Below are positions 25,301 through 37,954 of a stretch of 64,000 bases of DNA, in pieces. Source of the stretch: Vitrella brassicaformis CCMP3155 (taxonomy: Eukaryota > Protista > Chromerida); NCBI GenBank assembly GCA_001179505.1, contig CDMY01000055.1:1-64000 (forward strand), given 5' to 3'. The stretch's first letter is position 1. Every line of letters starts with the position of its first letter. The position numbers and the translations under genes are program-made. The notes beneath the pieces were generated by a model. The model did no database searches and was not told the DNA's origin. It saw nothing but the letters and a program-made list of their open reading frames with translations.

Positions 25301-27735
25301 CGCCACCTGGTGGATGGTGGACGTGCATACGAGCATGGGCGCCTCGCTGTGTCACTGTGTGTGGTTTGTGCGGGTCCATACGTTGTCAGATGCCCAGAGG
25401 TAGCCGAAGAAGACGTCGACGAGCACAAAGATGCTGTAGAAACCCACCAGACTGACAGCCATCCAGCCACATACAGACGGGGAGAGCAGACCACAACGAA
25501 TGCCACTTTGAGAATGTCTGTGTGCGTCCATGTGATGTGTGTGATGTACCCTCCCCTACTCCCTCCCACGGACCCGAATATAGCGTATGCGACTGGTCTG
25601 AGCTCCATGAAGTCGGCCACTGCAAGCTGAATCTGGGTCCTGAACCAGGGAGGACATGAAAGCAGAGGACAGATGAGACACATGCACATAGGCAGGCCCT
25701 CTAGGGAGGGAGGGAGGTAGATGGATGGCTGTCTGCCTACCACACGTATTGCGTACATGAATGAGTCCTGGAATGGCCACTGGCGGAGATACTCCTCGTT
25801 GTACTCCTGTCAGTCGCGGTGTGAGTCGGCAGACACCGGACGTCATAGGCAGGCCTTATTCGACCACCAATCCAGTTAGTTGCTCACCTGTATACCGGGG
25901 TGCACGCGGCCGCACCGACGGATCAACACATACCATATCTGACACACATACATGCACACACACAATACACATGCAAATGTCGTCTCTCCTGAGTCTGCTC
26001 CCTCTGTGTGTCAGTTCACAATTGGTTGTATGAGGAGGTTTTTGATCTGGTCGACCACCAGCACGATGATGAAGGTCATCCATACCACCTCAGGGTTGCC
26101 TACACACACAGAAACCACGGCGCTCTCTCGGAGCTGCGTACGCACGTGTCTCTGCCCCGCCCTCACCTGCCCTCCCCTGCACGATGAATGGCCCGACGGT
26201 AAGCAGGGCCGACACACCGAACAGAGACACGAGGAGCATCTGCACGCCGCACTTGATGGCCGGCTGCTGACACTCCACCTCCTCCTCATCACTCGCTGAC
26301 CTCACACACACACGCGCGCATCCGCACACATGTAAGGGCCTTTGTGGTGTGTCTGTGTGTCTGTCGGTCAGTCTCACGCAGCTGTAGAATGAATATGATG
26401 AGGAGCTCTGCGACGATTTGCAGGGGGTTTGCGACGCATATGATGATCAGCAGGTGCAGCCAGGAGAAACACCACTTGCCCTCGCTGTCCGCACACACCT
26501 CATTGGGACCGGCCCTGTCGGATACCAATTCACACACACCACACACCACACACCACACACCACACACATGCGTCTCTCCCTTCCTACAGATGTGTGTATG
26601 TGTGTCCGCAGTGTTAACCAGAATTCTCCTGGGTCGTCGGGCGATACACAAAGCAGGTCGGTGGGCGTCTCGCTGCTGCCGGTGGGGCACGCCACACGGT
26701 TGTCGTCCTCGAAGTCGTCATTGCTCACCTCTGACGCACGGCTGATGAAGATCCATGTGTGATAGACAGACACAGAGACGTCACGTCATTCTCTGTCTAG
26801 TGTGCAATTGTGTGTACGTGCAGGCCGAGAAGCATGTCTGCAGGCGCTCTTCGCGGCCATCGGGGGTGGTCTGGTATGTCTTGGGCTTCCTGGCCACAAA
26901 CAAGGGGCACACACACACACACACACACGCACACACACACCTGTACCTGCTGCTGTGTACACACATCACAGATGTGTACGAGCGTACTTAGCGAAGTATC
27001 GGCATTGTCTGTAGTCTGAGTTTGAGAGTGTGGTGTCGTCCGGTGGTGCGGGGAATACAAAGAGCTCGTCGTACTTGTTGCCGCGGAACTTGAGCGACGT
27101 CGACACCTTGTGACACACCAACTCGGGGAAGTGCAGCTCCTCACACGCCGTCAGGCAACCCGTCCTGCACACACACACACACACACGTGTATGTATGTGT
27201 CTATCTGTGTGTGTGCAAGTATTGCCTGCCTGTATAGGAGCTGCACTTCGATGAAGGCTGTCCGCCAGGATGTGGTTTGTGCGGTGATGCAGAGGAGGAT
27301 CATCATCATGAAGAGGAACCGGCCCAGCCGGAAGATGGGACTCAGACGCTGGTCGGGCGGCAGATGCACCTCCTCGTACCTGCACACACATACACCCACA
27401 CACCGCCACACATGCATGTGTGTGGGTGTCTGTGTGTGTGTGTGTACCATAGTTTGGTGAAGTCGTTGTTTTGTTTGAGGTGGTTGGGGAGGGTGGCCAC
27501 ACGGATGTGGCCCTCCTCTGCGCACACGACCAACACACAGACACAGGGAGAGGTGAGGATGAGACAAAACTCAAGACGCCAACCCATCCGCACATCAACA
27601 ATGCTTGTGCTTGTGCATCCTTTCTCCCAGCTTCATGCGCAATACACCGCTGGTTCCCTCCCCACGCCACGCGAGAACTGCCAGCCACGAAGCGCCTCTC
27701 TTTTTCTTACCCGAGAGCATCATAGCGAACCACAT
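22147..27735 (-). CDS. Multi-pass membrane protein: Cys-rich multi-TM module + S1-S4 voltage-sensor domain + degenerate class I cyclic-nucleotide phosphodiesterase domain
   Basis: One continuous spliced frame over more than 20 exons (two GC donors, at 27229 and 23348). S2/S3: DMTILSFFVLEIILK...WNLADAAVVLVSF (25124-25306). S4: LLRILRLMRVLMVLRK (24893-25018). PDE: FHNAAH, CHYGHPG, ENYT, RMD, CADLAF, EFFYQGDLEKQLGLPVSPFCDR, CQIGFID. The 300-N gap lies inside a phase-0 intron. Confidence 0.85.
24589..24888. other. Assembly gap (300 N)
   Basis: Run of N. It is flanked by a GT donor after the S4 exon and an AG acceptor before the VEKVIEII exon on the minus strand. Confidence 0.99.
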
Positions 27736-30700
27736 GGTGACGACCGAACGAAGCCACTGTCGGCCTCACAGACGTTCAGCGCTGCACGCGACGGAGTCTG
27801 ATGGTGGGGGCCAGTCTCACTCCCCCATCGAAAAGCTCGCCCATCTGCGAAGAAAAGGGATGCGCGTGCTGGTGGTGGACGCGTACGGCCTCGGCGCTGA
27901 GGGCCGCAGTGCCTTCAAGGACTTCCTCTCCATCCTACACACCGCCTTCGAGGAACCATACGCCAAGTCACTCACCACACTCTCATTCTGCCTCAGGGGC
28001 CGCTCCGAGCTGCTGCCGCTGCTCAATGACCCTGGTACACAGCAACTGCTGCACAAAGGGGACACAGACAAACATGCTGACGATGCAAACCTTATGTAAG
28101 GATGGTTCTTCCGGGCCCTTCTGTCTATGCGTGTGTTTGTGCACAGCGACAGAGTTCACGTCTCACGCGGCGCAGAGGGCCTTCGATGCATTCGACGTCG
28201 TGTGCATCGCCGGTACAATGTCATAGTACATTGGAATCGGCACCTGCACTCACTGCAAATACCGCCTCCCTCCCTCTCTGGGGGGTGTTTGTATGTTATG
28301 TGTAGGAGAGGCGAATGTATTGCCGTGGGCGCCGGTGATGCACCAGGTGGGAGCCCTTCTGCGGATGTGTCTGCGGTGCGACAAACCCACCCTCTGTGTG
28401 GGATCGGCACTCCAGTCGCTCGTATTCATCGCGTCCATCGGTAGGCACACCCACGTGAGCAGATCCGGTCTATCCCGCATTGGTGTGTGTCTGCATCCAT
28501 GTGTGTGTGCAGGTGCCGACAGGATTCGCGTGTTCAACAACCGCGGGAGAGGGGGACGCATCGGCGACCTCAAACGAATCGCCGCTGACAAGACACTGGT
28601 GCGCACGACTGAGGGGCTGCGTGTCTCATGCGTGACCCCTTGCTGGTGTCGGTGTCTTGTTTTCTGTCTGCCTGCCTGCAGTTGTCCACTTTGGATGACC
28701 AGGACTGCTTCTTGGACTTCGCCACCGGTGGAAATAAGTCGATTGCACTTCCATTTCCTTTCTTGACTGCATCACAAACACATGTGTGTCCTTTTTCCCT
28801 TGGAGCAGGCGATGTGTACCGTCGGCATTTGGCGGCCAAGGAGACCGACACGATCCCCCCATTCTCGCCAGAGATGGCGGCCACGTCCCGATCGTCTGCG
28901 GCCCAGATGGTGCCGTCCGAGTGGTATCCTTGCCGCAATGTCGGCCTGCATTACCCCCCCGCCGCTGAGGAATTCCAGAGCTATGGACACACTGTCAGCC
29001 ATACAGACATCACACCTGTGTAAAGTGTGCATGATGTGCATGTGGGTGTCTCTCGCCTGTCTGTCTGTCTGTCTGTCTGTGTGTCTGTGTGTCTATGTGT
29101 GTCAGCTGCGCCGGCGGTCAACATACCGTGCTCGCGTGCGCCCCGCGGTGTTGGAGGGTGCGGGTGGCGACTTCGAGGGCGTCACGCCATCAGAGGTCCG
29201 CTCCACCGAAGTCCTCGTCAACATCAATAAGAGGCACGCAGCGAGACAGAAGAAAGAAGAGACAGCAAAAGTATGTATGGATGGCGACCCACCGCTGTAA
29301 TGTGTAGAGCGATGTCTCACTGGTCGCTGAAAGGCCTGCCCGTGTCGTTTGTGGCTCCGTGCCGTCACACATGGGAGGTGCACCACACGGTGCAGCCACC
29401 GATAGAGGTGCTGGGGTCGTCCAAGAAAGGCCCCCAGATCATCCAGCTGGGCCCGGCTTTCGCCATGCACTTCAGGACCACAAGACGGTGACACACATTC
29501 ACCTTCTCAGCCACAACGCCCCCATTGTGTGTGTGGTGTGTGTGCAGGTACCCCGAGACGGTGACAATAGTGAGCAGCTGGGTGAAGGGCGTCGTCATGC
29601 GCACACAAAGCGGTGGGGGGGATCTGTCCTTTCTTACGACACCTATTTGCCTCCGCTTCTCCCTGGTTTGTGCAGGTGAGTCGGTTGCATTTCGCGCCAG
29701 CCCCCGGCTGTCAATACCAGGGTACGTGACATGAATCTCACACATGAATGCCAAACATCCGTCGCTGTCTCTTCTTTCTCCCGTCTCACCAGCCCGTTGA
29801 CTGCTCGCCCTCAGGCAGACAAGGCGGCAACAGCAGCAAAAGTGGCTGCTGCTGCAGCTGGTGGTACCGAGGAGTCGCCATTGGCGAGTGCTCTTGCGTC
29901 CGGGACGGCCCTTGTGACGCCCAGGCCGGGGCACCTCACAGTGCGCACCGACACGGTCAAACCTGTGGGGCATCCGTCGAGGCAGATGAGGGCGGAGGGG
30001 GGAATGAGAGATGGGGAGGGACACAAGACCACACGTACAGTGTCCAAATGTGGGTGGAAGACGATGGCAGGCAGACAGACACACACAAAGGCAGACAGAG
30101 AGAGAAGTGCTCCGACATGGCTCCGCTCCCTGCTGTCTGCCTTTGTTTGTGTCCCCCAGACGCGTCCAAGGACTTCGTGCCTCGTGTGGCAGGCCTCAAG
30201 CACCGCAAGTCACGCGTATTCCGCCCACCCCCACCCCCCTCATCCCAGCCAGCCCCGCACGCACCGCCATCCGAGCAGCCCCCCACAACAATCAGCACCA
30301 AGCCACCACTTCCCTTCCTCCCGCCTCTCCCCCTCTCAACCATGAGCATCCCACAGCCGCCAGTGCCCGTGTCTCGCCCCATGGTGATCCGTGCGCAGGA
30401 TGAGAGCGACAGTGAGAGCGAGCGGGGCGTCGCCGCCTCCTCATCCTTCGGCGGCAGTCCGCGGACCGACGACCGGCTGGCGGCCCAGCCGCAGCGCACA
30501 CAGAGCATGAACGTCATGAGCGACACTGACGGCGAGCGAATGCGACTGCTGAGCTTCGAGGAGGCTGGGGGCGGTCTGGAGGGCGTGGAGCGGCTCAGTG
30601 GGGATGTCAGCGAGCGGGGGTACTATCCCACCATCACCAAAGAGAGAGCGCGGCAGATGCTGCATCCCGAGGAGAAGTGGGAGGCTTCCCCTGAGTCGAA

Positions 30701-31483
30701 GGCGCCCACTGTACGGCTGACGACCCGCAGGGCGGCTGAGGGGCCCGTCAGTGCAGGCAGGGATGTGTCGGGGATGGCGAAGGGGGCGACACAGAGCGCT
30801 TCCCAGCGGCCCTACACTTCGTGGCTCAAGAGGCAGAATACACTGATAGAGAAAATCGAAAAGACCTCCATACCGAGGGTGGGTGGATGAGAGAGACATA
30901 CGAAGGGAGAGAGAGAGACACTGGATTGTGTCTGTGGTCTGTCGTCCAGGGCTTCACCCGTTTGCTGCCCCAGTCGACTGCAGGCGATGCCGTCTCACCC
31001 GACCAGGCACTCGTGGGCCAGACAATGAAATACGCCATCAAACGGAAGAACCAACGTCAGTCAGCCAACGCAACAAACTCTTAGAAAGTGCCTCCCACCC
31101 CTTGGCCTGCGCCAACTGCACTGCTATCAATCAGGGAGGGGCGCGCGCGACAAGAGCCCGTCAGGGAGCCCCCGGCAGCGGCACTCGTCGTCTTCGTCAG
31201 CGTCGTTTTATTACATGGTGTCGAACTTTGTGCACCAGACGCCCTCCCCGCCGCCACTGATTCACCAGTTCCGGCCGCGGGACGAGCCGCAGCACTGGAT
31301 CGGCGGTAGGCGAGAGCCGCATGGCGGTGTCTGTCTCTGTGTGTGTGACATGGTGTGTACATGTGTGCAGGTCCGTGGCGGCATACGGCGTACAACCGGG
31401 GTATCTTCAACAAGTGGGATCAGCTGCCGAACGACACCGACCCGCCAGCCACCAACTACACCACACTCTTCTCAGCTCGATAG
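27734..31483 (+). CDS. Uncharacterised protein with a class I glutamine-amidotransferase-like fold (nucleophile Cys absent) and a long low-complexity C-terminus
   Basis: MRVLVVDAY...FDVVCIAG|EANVLPW...KPTLCVGSALQSLV aligns with the GATase KPVLGICLGMQLL elbow. Multi-exon, ending ...IGG|PWRHTAYNRGIFNKWDQLPNDTDPPATNYTTLFSAR* (TAG 31481-31483). Start uncertain (27734 or 27820). Confidence 0.6.
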
Positions 31484-31780
31484 GCAGACAGACACGCAGA
31501 GGGGCATCCTAACTGTGTCAGTGCATCTCTGTGTATGTGTGTGTGTAGCTGGTCGATGTTGAACATGTTAACGTTATGACATTTGCCATGATGGCGTTGG
31601 ATTGGACCACAGACACGAAAAGCCACCGTGTCACTCATTCGCACGTCAACTGAAAACCATACGCTCATCAATCAAAGGCAAGTCAGTCAGTCAGTCCGTA
31701 GACGCATCTGTCTCCCGACCTCAACGCCCCCATCCACCGCACCCTTCCCTCTCCCACCACCGTCTGGTCGCCTGGCTGCT

Positions 31781-33660
31781 TCACCCCAGCACTGTCCTCT
31801 CCAGCCCGTACTTGGCCAGCACGGGGCGGGCGACATTCACAGCAATGGGATAGTGCTCGATGGCCGTGCGGCCCTCTGTCGGCGCCTCGGTCGTCCAGAG
31901 GCTGATGCGGCCATAGACCAGCCGCAGATAGGCTGTAATGGTGTCGTTGGCTGCTGTGCCCTTGACGATGATAAGTCGCTCGCGGCCGTCATATCCCTGG
32001 GGTGGATGCTCATCGATGCCGTCGACGGTCTTGAAGCCATCGATGGTCGGTGCCGTCAGCAGGGACCGATAGCGAGTGTCACCAGGACCGACATAAGCAT
32101 CAGTCACCTTCTCCTCCCCCACCCCCTCTTGCTTACACCACTCCATCAGGACCGTCCCCTTGAGGAATGCCGTGAATGATGGGAAGACTAAGCCCCCACT
32201 GCGGATGACGGGATCGCTCTCGTTGTATGTGCTGCGGTAGCGGTGGTTGGGGGGCAAATCAGCGAGGGGGACGGTCGTGAAGTCGACATTGCCGATCCTG
32301 TAGCGCTGCCTCGTCACGCCCCCACCATGACCATCACCATGGTGTCCATTGCCTGGCTGCCCTCCTGGACCATCGCCCCCTGGTCCCTCTCCGCCACTCG
32401 CGTCACCGCCCCCGCTCTCCTGCTGGTGGTCGATGTCGTCATCGCCGTCCTCCTCATCTCCCCCCTCGTCCATGCCATCGTCGTTCTCATCATCACTGGC
32501 CTGGTCACTCTCACTTTGGTCGTCATCATCTTCCACCCGCTCCAGCGCCAGGCTGGTCCCCCGGTGGCTCAGCAAGTGGCCGAATGCCTTGTAGACGGCC
32601 AGGGCGAGTGGCAGCTCCTTGAATGCTGCAGCGGTGGGCAGCGAATCAGCCGACAGCCGCAGGGGCAGTGCCTTGATGAGCTTGTGATTGCGCGCCAGGT
32701 GAATGAAGTCGGCCATCTGCTGCCGCAAGAGCTCCCCTCCTTGCTCCAGTGCATAGGCGCATTTGCTGTAGTAATCGAACGGCGACCGATGCACGTCGAC
32801 GACGCCGGTCAAATGGTTGCTGTCGAGCGAGCCGTTGATGCGCTTGAGCATGAAGGCCTCGTTGATGAGCTGTTTGCCGTGGTGGGTGTTGGCTCCCCTC
32901 GCCGAACTGATGGCCTCGTCGACAGGGAGGTAGCCCAGCACACCATCGCAATAAACGTCGGCCGGGAGCCGGTTGGCCGTCACGTCAACTGGATTGTCAC
33001 CATCAGCAGCAGCGGCTGTGGGGGTGGTGGTGGTGGTGGTGGGGTGAGGGGTGCCAGGTTGCTTTGTGGTGTCTGGTTGACAGGGGGGAGGGGGCGGGGC
33101 GGCCGAGATGTGGTGGGCGATGGTCTGAACGGCACCGGACATGGCCGAGAGGGTGGGTATGGTCGACTTGACAGATGACCACTTCTGGCAAATGATGGGC
33201 GCCTGAATTCCCATGACAAAACAGACGACATGTGGTAAAGGGAGATGTGTCGAGCCGCCCGTCTCTCTCTCTCTGCGCTGCGAGTATTTCCCTCACCTGG
33301 TCAGTGGCAATGGATGTCATTATTAGAGGCTCGACGGCCGACACCTCACTGGCCACCTGACAAAGGGAACACACAGACAGACATACGCCATCGCGACGTG
33401 CATCCCTCAGTGCGTCGATGTCTGTGTGTCCTTCACCTGCTCTATGAGTGAGTGTATGGCCGCCAGCCGACGACAGACGTCGCCCGACCCGCCACACACT
33501 TGGGACTCCTGTGCAGACAGAGACCAAAGGCACCTCAGTGAGACTGAGTTATCCACCCAGTGATGTGCTGTGCCTCACTCACCGATGCCGATGGACTGTG
33601 CCCCTCCTGCTGGTGCTGCTGTTGCTGCTGCTGCTGGTGGTGAGCGGCCGCATCACTCAT
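31781..33660 (-). CDS. Lineage-specific expanded family protein (short coiled-coil exons, helical domain, acidic/Gly linker, conserved C-terminal domain), intact
   Basis: Four exons with phase-0 introns: MSDAAAHHQQ...SPSAS|ESQVCGG...IEQ|VASEV...TDQ|APIICQKW..., then a large open exon ending LERTVLG*. Confidence 0.85.
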
Positions 33661-34501
33661 GGCACTCAGCCCTGTGCCGACGCACACAAATGGATGCAGA
33701 CACATGAGGTGCACAACACTTATTTCTTTGTCCGTCTGTCAGCCGTGTGCTTGTGACATCTCACCTGAAGCATCAATCACATGGCCGTCGACACACTGGC
33801 GCTCCGCGTCACCTCGAGATCCACCACAATTAGCAGAAGAAGACATCTCTGCTGCACTCACTGAACACATGAATGAACAGCAGGACGGTGGCGGTGCGTC
33901 CATCGTGCACGCCAGACTCACCTTCTGACACAGAGTCAACAAAGCACAAAGATGGCCACTCAGACACAACAGATCTGCGGAGAAGCACACGGCTATTGGC
34001 ACACGGCACGCCCCCATCACAGCACAGCCTCGGCCTCTGTTTGGCATGGGCGCATCGATACTCACCTATTCCTCCTGCTGTTCGCTTCACCGAACTGCCA
34101 CAATTTCAGTGAGATACCTCCGCCGCCGCCAATCTCAGGCCGACGCAGATCTTTCCTTTTTCATGGCCAATCGAAAGGCATCCCGCAGCTCCCAACAAAG
34201 TGCCTCATTTCCACACGCGGCCAGGCGTGCGAGCTAGTTTCGTGAAACGTTTTTATTGGGGGCGTCTCATCGAGGATATGATTTCTCCTCCTCATCGTCT
34301 TCGCCACACTTCTCTGTCGTTCACCAGCAGTCCGGTCGCATCAGCAGCAGATTCTGGACGGTCAGGGTCCCTCAGCTGAGTGACTTTGCTTTCGTCGAAT
34401 CGTCTCCGCCGCTCCCACCCACTGCAGCCATTGCAATTGCTTGTTGCTTCGTTGATTCGTCACAAGGGGAAGAGCGCTATCGCCAGTCATTCTTAGGAAG
34501 A

Positions 34502-37500
34502 ATGGTGGTACAGACACGAGCACAGAAGGTGAGCATAAGGAGAGTCAGCCACACGCCGTCGGGGGCCGTGTGGTGTCTCACCGGTTCTTGAGCGTGAAGC
34601 GCACGTCAACTCAAGGCGCATGGCCTCATTGTGACGTCCTTGCCGTCTGTCTGTCCGTCTGTGTGATCCATCAGGCTGCCGAAGCCAACAAGTCTGTTAG
34701 CGAGGCCGCGGGAGCTCATCAGTTGGCCTCCGGCAGTCCAGCTGATCAGGTCCAGCAGCCCTTGGCCAATCCCGACGCACATGAGCATGTCGCCAAGCCC
34801 GCCAAGGAGCGCAAGAAGCGGACCGCACCGGCCCTCGACCAGAAGAACCCCACCAGTCGGCCTACTCAGCGCTGTCGGCCTGTGAAGAGGGAGAGGAGGG
34901 AGGAGGTCATCGACAAGGGAGATGCCCTCATGGGGCCCTACGATGACCAGGAGGACACCGAGCCCCTGCAGAGGAAAAGAGACAGGCTGTTCGCCGCTCG
35001 CAAACAGTGGACGGACAGCCGTGACGTCGGTGTGGGTATCGGTGGGGCGATGGGTGAGGGATTGGGATTGGGATTGGTTACGGGGGAGCGGGGAAAGGCG
35101 GGACGGGCCGAGAGGCGTCTCAGTCTGGCGAAGGACTATGAGGCCAAAGACGGTCAGACGCGGCGTAGCAGGTGAGTGAGAGAGGTCGAAATAGCTCGAA
35201 GTTGAAGGCATTCTCCCAATCATCGGTCTCTTGTCCATTCCTGTCCATGCAGGCAACAGAAGCAGGCGCCTTCGGCCGCTGCAGCGGCCGCAGCGGCCTT
35301 GGAGCCCTCAGCGGCGGATCAGCAGAAGATGGCCACCGATGGTGCGGGTGGAGGGAAGGGAGACGTGTCTATGGGCGGGATGGGGGCGGGGCACTACGGG
35401 CAGCTGCGGAGCACCAAGTAAGACACACTGACAACACACTGACAACATTGTGACCTTTCTTGCATCTCTGTCTGTGTGTTGCACTTAGGGAGGAGAAGGG
35501 GTCATCGTATCCCTACGCGGCCGCTGCGGCCGCTGGGAAGCTTCCGGTGGCCGACAGCCCTCCACGCAGATGGATATTCGACGGCGACTCGAGGTACCTG
35601 GCCAAACAGGAGGAAGAGTACAACAAGTAAGAGGAGACACAGCACTCAACCGACCACTGCCCACTGGACCCTCTCCTTGTGTCCTGCCATGTTGTGTGGG
35701 TTTGTGCAGGCAGAAAGAGGGCTCGCCTGTTGCTGCAGCAGCGGCAGCGGCCATCAACAGGGAGGGGCCGCACACACCGCACACGCCGTTCGAGTGTCAG
35801 CAGAGGGCCAAGTGAGTGGATGAGTTGGGAGAAGGGCAGTCAGTGCTTGGCGCTGCGCTGCTTGCCTGTTTGATTGATTGATCTCTCGTTGCGTATCTGT
35901 TTATCTTCAGTGTCCGTCGTGGTGACGGCGATGTGCCTCGTCTGCCGCAGGTCCAGATGAGGCAGGCAAAGCACGCCGGATTGAGAGGGTGGCCGCGCAT
36001 CAGCCCCGACACTGTCAGTACTGCAGAAAGGCGTGCAATCAAACAGCACGAGTCCATCTCTGTCTGCCTCCATCTCTGTGTGTGTGTCAGCTGGCGAGGT
36101 TCCTACAGGGTAAGTTCGACCACAGGGGCTTCTCCGGCTACACCATCCTCGACGCTCGCTGGGAGGCCGAGTCCGACGGTAAAGACAGAAGAACCAACGA
36201 GGCCGTGTGGCGCCATCCCGACGGACAGCCCTTGTCGGTGTTTGTGTGTCGGCAGGCGGGCACATCCGCAAGGCCATCCACGCCAGGACCAATGCCGAGG
36301 CCATCGACGCGCTGTGGGATGAAAATGGACAGCCGCGCCACGACAAAAACCACGTGAGAGAGACCGCCACACAGCCAGCCAGCCAGCCAGCCAGACAGAC
36401 TTGTGTGAATGCATAGCCGCATCTCTGTGTCTATACGTGTGTGTGTTTGTGTGTCAGGTGGTCATTGTCCATTGTGAGTACTCACAGGAGCGGGGCCCCA
36501 ATCTAATGAGAGCCATAACCGACTACCGCGACAGCCATGGCAGCTCAGTAAGGAAGAAGACCACACACTCACAGGCTGAGCCACAAGCAGCATGACATTG
36601 TGCCTTCTCCCTTCGTCTGTCTGTCTCTGTCTGTCTGTCTGCAGGAGGATTATCCGATGGTGTACGTGTTGGATGGCGGCTACAGGGCCTTCTGGCGGCA
36701 CGCACAGGCCGTCAAGTGCGCACACCGACTTTGTGACGGGCAGTACAAGCCGGAGGACGCCCTCACGCACCAAGAGGTAACACGCACACACGCACACACG
36801 AGGGATCGAAGAAAGAGATGCCTCTTTTGAGACACTCCATCTCTGCTTGTTTGTCCATCAGTTGAAGGCGGCTCACCAGGAGCGCATCAATCGCGATCCG
36901 GCCAAGCAGCGAGAGCTCGACAAAAGGACACGTCTGCGTCGCAGTGCCGCACCCGACGGACCTCACCCGCCCGCAGCGGCTGCTGCTGCTCCTGCGCCAT
37001 ATGTGTCCCCTGCGCCATTCCTGCCTCTCGAAATGCCTTCGCCAGTCAACTTCCCACCGCTTATGGCCCCGCCACTCATTCCGGCCGATCGAGCGTCGCT
37101 GCCGTTCCGCAACACGGGCCGTGCTGCTGGTGGTGGCCGACACGGATGGGTGTCGCCGCCTCGCCAGACGGCATATGGAGTGGGAGACAAAGACATGCGC
37201 GGCAAGAAGTAAGACCCGCCCACTGCAGCAGACAGACACCCCTCTAATGCAACTATTCCCATTTTTTCTCTTATCTCCATTTGTGTGTCGCACTCACAGG
37301 GAGGAGAAGAGGCCACCTTTTCCCTGTGCGGCCGCCGCGGCGGCCCAGCCGGTGGACAGCCCCCGACGCAGGTGGCTATTCGACGGCGAGTCAATGCATT
37401 TGGTTGAAGACGAGGAAATGGACGAGTACGAGGAGCCACCAAAGTACAACAGATAGAGAAGACAGACACATCAACTCATCGATCACTGCCCACTGATCGA

Positions 37501-37954
37501 TTCTCTTCCCATTCTGTGTTGTGTTGTGCTGTGCAGCCAGAAGCAGCCTTCACCCCCCGCAGCAGCAGCAGCAGCGGCCGCGGCAGTCAGCAGAACCCCA
37601 CACAGGTGGATGGATGGCGGGGACGATAAGTATGAGGAGCCGCTCAAATACGACGACAAGTACGTCACATAGAGACAGGGATGGCTGAGGCGTGAGACAC
37701 ACAAGCAAGTATGCATGACTGCCTTGGTGTGCTGTGCTGCGCTGTGCTGTGACAGGAGCCCACCCTATGCAGCAGCAGCTGCAGCGGCCGCCCTCCCTCA
37801 AACACCACTTCCCAACTGTCCCGCCACTCCCAATCGCATGCCCCCCTGCGGCAGTGGAGGAGACCGATCGATATCGCCGCCCCGTCCGACGGCTATGAAG
37901 AGAAAGAGGGACGATCGTAGCGACGAGCAAAGGAAGAAAGCGCCAAAGGAGTGA
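34502..37954 (+). CDS. CDC25: Cdc25-type phosphatase, copy 2 (probably C-terminally truncated at 37456)
   Basis: HCEYSQERGP retained (36470-36493). The EY.GGHI motif reads ESDGGHI. The donor at 37453-37454 is AT instead of GT and creates AGA TAG. Confidence 0.8.

Noticed and set aside
25124-25660. Calling the voltage-sensor domain an Hv1 proton channel
   Set aside because: S2-S4 resemble Hv1, but the position equivalent to the selectivity residue Asp112 in S1 is Tyr (LVGFYSIF vs LVVLDALL), and the domain is fused to a PDE fold.
32243-33178. Long antisense ORFs (also 13800-14477, 18419-19099, 59878-60828)
   Set aside because: Shadow frames of GC-rich coding exons on the opposite strand, with no independent evidence.
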